Source: Polynucleobacter necessarius (GTDB lineage: Bacteria; Pseudomonadota; Gammaproteobacteria; Burkholderiales; Burkholderiaceae). Taken from it: a stretch of 32,000 nucleotides of DNA. Positions 28,748 through 32,000 of this stretch are shown here, piece by piece (the stretch's first letter is position 1; each line of letters begins with the position of its first letter). Location: NCBI RefSeq assembly GCF_900095195.1, contig NZ_LT606950.1:937207-969206 (forward strand), read 5' to 3'. Made by a program: the position numbers and the translations under genes. The notes under the pieces are model-generated. The model searched no databases, was not told the origin of the DNA, and worked only from the letters and a program-made list of their open reading frames with translations.

Positions 28748-30016
28748 ATGGCTATTAGCGTCAATACCATGCGTACAATTGATCATTGGGTTGGAGTTCC
28801 CCTCTGCGCGATTGTCAGCCCTGTGGTGGCATTGATGGATGGCGTCAAGAATCTTTTTAGTCGTGGTCCACAAACACCGAAGCGCCTACTCTTCATTGAA
28901 CTCTCCGAAATGGGTAGTGCCATCTTGGTAGACCCAGCAATGCGAAATGCACAAGCACGCGGCGCGGAGATTTTCTTTTTAATCTTTAAAAGTAATCGTG
29001 CTAGCCTCACGCTGTTAAACACGGTAAAGCCTGAAAATATTTTCACGATCGACTCATCGAGTTTGGGCAGTCTCATCAAAGATACCCTGAAATTTTTGAT
29101 CGTTGCGCGTGTGCGTCGTATTGACACTGTGATCGATCTTGAACTCTTTTCGCGTTTTACTGCCTTGCTCACTGGCTTATGCGGCGCCCGTCAGCGGGTT
29201 GGTTATCACATCTTCCACAGTGAAGGCCTCTGGCGCGGCACTATGCTCACCCGCAAAGTACATTACAACCTGCATATTCATATCACGAAGAATTTTCTCT
29301 CACTGATTCATGCGGCGTTTGCTAAAGAGATCGAAGTTCCGTTTAGCAAAATTCATATTCCAGATTCCGAAGTCAAGCTTGAGCAAGCCGTCATTAATCC
29401 CGATATGCTCAAAAAAGTACTTTCTCGCATTGAACAAAAAGCATCCGAGGCCGGGATTCCATTTGCATATGGAAAAAATCGCATCATCCTGATTAATCCG
29501 AATGCTAGTGATCTCTTGCCGCAACGTCGCTGGGCACAACAACGTTTCTCGGAATTGATTCAAGCAGTTCACCAACACTACCCCGATGATTTAATTTTAA
29601 TTACCGGATCACCCGCAGAGTTTGTGTATGTAGACAAAGTTCGCTCTGTCGCGAATGTCAAAAACGCACTGAACTTCGCCGGCCAGGTGACGTTTGCTGA
29701 ATTACCACCCCTTTATACCCTCTCAGATGTGATGGTGACCAATGATTCCGGCCCAGGACACTTCTCTGCAGTAACCCCCCTGCGCACGGTTGTCCTTTTT
29801 GGACCAGAAACGCCAGCCTTGTATGGTTCAGTTGGCAACTCGATTGCTATTACCGCCAATCTTGCCTGTTCTCCATGTGTCAGCGCTGCAAACCATCGCA
29901 AGACACCATGTCATGACAATGTTTGTATGCAAGCGATCTCAGTCAGCCAAGTCTTGGATAATGTGGTTCACCAACTGCAAGAAGCCGATAAAGCAAAAGG
30001 CCGACAACCTGAATGA
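28748..30016 (+). CDS. Family 9 glycosyltransferase (heptosyltransferase-like)
   Basis: Intact 422-aa ORF with the GT9 C-terminal pattern ILINPNASDLLPQRRW...LITGSPAE...VMVTNDSGPGHFSA. Confidence 0.8.
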   Translation: MAISVNTMRTIDHWVGVPLCAIVSPVVALMDGVKNLFSRGPQTPKRLLFIELSEMGSAILVDPAMRNAQARGAEIFFLIFKSNRASLTLLNTVKPENIFTIDSSSLGSLIKDTLKFLIVARVRRIDTVIDLELFSRFTALLTGLCGARQRVGYHIFHSEGLWRGTMLTRKVHYNLHIHITKNFLSLIHAAFAKEIEVPFSKIHIPDSEVKLEQAVINPDMLKKVLSRIEQKASEAGIPFAYGKNRIILINPNASDLLPQRRWAQQRFSELIQAVHQHYPDDLILITGSPAEFVYVDKVRSVANVKNALNFAGQVTFAELPPLYTLSDVMVTNDSGPGHFSAVTPLRTVVLFGPETPALYGSVGNSIAITANLACSPCVSAANHRKTPCHDNVCMQAISVSQVLDNVVHQLQEADKAKGRQPE

Positions 30017-30804
30017 CTAAGCAGGCAATTTTAACGCCGATTTGGTTTGTACCACTTCTGCCAATAGCGCTTGCTGCCACGATTTATTTTGGCGAATTTC
30101 AAAGCAGCACTTTTTTATTTATTAATCGCTTTACGCAATCTTTACCAGACACTCTTTGGGCATGTCTAACCTTTTTGGGTAACGGCTGGGGAGCGTTTGC
30201 GATTGCTTTTCCGCTACTTTTATTAGCGCCTCGCTTAATAACGGCCGGAATTTTTGGGGGCGCTATCTCTGCGATTGCAAGCACCGTTCTTAAAAATATC
30301 TTTGATCTTCCTAGGCCTGCAGGCTTGCTGGAGAGTGGAAGTTTTTATCGCATCGGCGACGTATTGCTTCATAAAGCTTTTCCATCGGGTCATACACTGA
30401 CTGCATTTGCGATTACAAGTGCCTTGTATTTCGCGTCTAGCCCCACTAAACGTAGACCGTTAATCATTCTTTTTGTAATAGCTTCATTGGTGGGCTTATC
30501 GCGCAATGCTGTGGGAGCACATTGGTTTACCGATGTCTTAGCTGGTGCTGGCGTGGGTATTTGGTGCGGCATGATTAGTGCACTTTTTGCCAATAAGCTT
30601 CCAGAATCGGCTCTTTTACCCAATAGCCTATGGTCCCGAATCATTGCTCTGGGAGGCATCGCCGCCATCTATGCTCATTTCACCCAAACCATAGATCTAG
30701 AGCTCAATTTGCCACTGCAGTATGCATCCATTGCGATTATTGCCATCACATTAGCAGTGTTTGTCAAAACGCAATTTGATCACTCGACTGGCACTTCGTC
30801 GTAA
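30013..30804 (+). CDS. PAP2-family lipid phosphatase
   Basis: Intact 263-aa membrane ORF with the three PAP2 motifs: KNIFDLPRP, PSGH and SRNAVGAHWFTD. Its start overlaps the GT9 stop (ATGA). Confidence 0.85.
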   Translation: MTKQAILTPIWFVPLLPIALAATIYFGEFQSSTFLFINRFTQSLPDTLWACLTFLGNGWGAFAIAFPLLLLAPRLITAGIFGGAISAIASTVLKNIFDLPRPAGLLESGSFYRIGDVLLHKAFPSGHTLTAFAITSALYFASSPTKRRPLIILFVIASLVGLSRNAVGAHWFTDVLAGAGVGIWCGMISALFANKLPESALLPNSLWSRIIALGGIAAIYAHFTQTIDLELNLPLQYASIAIIAITLAVFVKTQFDHSTGTSS

Positions 30805-30810
30805 TTTCAC

Positions 30811-31677
30811 ATGTTTAGCTATCGACACGCCTTTCACGCCGGTAGTCATGCTGACATTCTGAAACACCTCACCTTAATTCATCTCGTCGAATACTTACAA
30901 GAAAAGCCTGTTGCCCTGACGATGGTCGACACACATGCCGGAGCAGGCATTTATAGCCTGCAGGATGGATTTGCAGCTGTCAGTAAAGAGGCTGAAAACG
31001 GCATCTATCGTCTTCTCGAATTCAAAGAGGAAGGGAACGCGATCCCACCAAGCATTCAAAAATATCTTGATTGCATAGGGTCTGAAAATTCCGGAGATCT
31101 TGCAACCTACCCTGGCTCTCCCTTTATTTTGGCAAGAATGCTGCGTCCGCAAGATCGCTTGAAGTTATTTGAGCTACACCCTAAAGAGATTGATATTCTG
31201 CACCACAACATCGAGCAACTCGATTGCACCAAACAAATTGATGTGTATGCAGCCGATAGCTTTAGCAGACTCAAAGGCCTGCTACCCCCACCAAGTCGAC
31301 GGGGCCTAGTGCTCATTGACCCCTCCTATGAGGATAAACAAGACTATCGCTACTTAGAAATTACTCTTGAAGAGGCGCTGCAACGCTTTGTTACCGGCTG
31401 CTATGCCGTCTGGTACCCAATACTTTCCAGGAGGGAATCTGCTGCTTTACCGGACAGAATGAAAAAGCTCGCCGCGACTCATAAACGCTCTTGGCTTCAT
31501 GCCGAACTTCGGGTAGAAAACGCTCCGGGCGAACGACGCCTTCAAGCAAGCGGAATGTTTATTATTAATCCACCCTGGACGCTAGAAAAACATCTAGCCG
31601 AGGCGCTTCCCATTCTCACTCAAGCCTTGGCTATTAATAGTGGTGCGCAATACCTTCTGAAAAGCATGGAGGCGTAA
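30811..31677 (+). CDS. rlmJ: 23S rRNA (adenine2030-N6)-methyltransferase
   Basis: Intact 288-aa ORF with the diagnostic N-terminus MFSYRHAFHAGSHADILKH and a DPSYE motif. Confidence 0.88.
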   Translation: MFSYRHAFHAGSHADILKHLTLIHLVEYLQEKPVALTMVDTHAGAGIYSLQDGFAAVSKEAENGIYRLLEFKEEGNAIPPSIQKYLDCIGSENSGDLATYPGSPFILARMLRPQDRLKLFELHPKEIDILHHNIEQLDCTKQIDVYAADSFSRLKGLLPPPSRRGLVLIDPSYEDKQDYRYLEITLEEALQRFVTGCYAVWYPILSRRESAALPDRMKKLAATHKRSWLHAELRVENAPGERRLQASGMFIINPPWTLEKHLAEALPILTQALAINSGAQYLLKSMEA

Positions 31678-31681
31678 ATGC

Positions 31682-32000
31682 CTACCAACTCGCTTTTAAC
31701 GTAAAGCCAGACTGGTTATATTCCAAGCTTGCAGTTGCCCCAACAGGTAATGTCAATTTATTGGGTTGATGGCCAAATGGTAAGTCCGTCAAGATTGGAA
31801 TAGATTTTGGCAAACGCTCACGGATCGCTGCGATTGCGCTCTCAAGGTTATAGCCTCGATCATTATCATATAAACGATATGCCGAGAAGCCTCCAAACAA
31901 CACCGCGGCTTGGTTGCTGAGGACACCCGCATCCAATAACTGCATGAGGGTTCTTTCAATGCGATAGGGATGCTCATTGACATCCTCCAAGAACAAAATG
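31682..32000 (-). CDS. ldcA: LD-carboxypeptidase (peptidase S66, LdcA-like); C-terminal part only, since the gene continues beyond the window
   Basis: FLEDVNEHPYRIERTLMQLLDAGVL...LPFGHQPNKLTLPVGA is the typical S66 C-terminal domain, including the catalytic His region. Confidence 0.75.
   Translation of the reverse strand, partial: ILFLEDVNEHPYRIERTLMQLLDAGVLSNQAAVLFGGFSAYRLYDNDRGYNLESAIAAIRERLPKSIPILTDLPFGHQPNKLTLPVGATASLEYNQSGFTLKASW

Noticed and set aside
1-32000. Mobile elements, CRISPR arrays, tRNA/rRNA genes, toxin-antitoxin or defence systems
   Set aside because: No transposase, integrase or Cas-like translations, no spaced direct repeats and no structured RNA signatures were seen on either strand. 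The unusual content here is gene decay rather than a new system.

Overview
All calls come from reading the supplied translations and sequence by eye; no search was run. The window looks like a betaproteobacterial (Burkholderiales-like) chromosome segment in an advanced state of gene decay. The lineage call is an inference from the Bug/TctC binding protein, the DUF3305/DUF3306 formate dehydrogenase cluster and the AT-leaning composition. About 14 of roughly 36 genes are pseudogenes carrying about 30 visible lesions: frameshifts, nonsense codons, deletions and two small intragenic inversions. The decayed genes are rubredoxin reductase, a Bug binding protein, an acyl-CoA dehydrogenase/CoA-transferase pair, a tungstate-type ABC permease and ATPase, almost the whole periplasmic formate dehydrogenase (FDH) module, and a DUF3047 lipoprotein. 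The intact genes are bdhA, a YqaA/DedA protein, a coupled bfd-like/EEP/cls operon, apbC, a DUF47-PiT phosphate transporter pair, copZ-copA, a four-gene envelope glycolipid cluster (GT39, flippase-like, GT9, PAP2), rlmJ and partial ldcA. I saw no mobile element, CRISPR array, RNA gene or recognisable defence system. The most unusual observations are the two inversions, inside fdhA and inside the ABC ATPase. Each is bounded by a 5-6 bp inverted microhomology, and undoing each one restores a continuous reading frame. The pattern fits a recently host-restricted lineage such as a Polynucleobacter-type symbiont, which is inference only.
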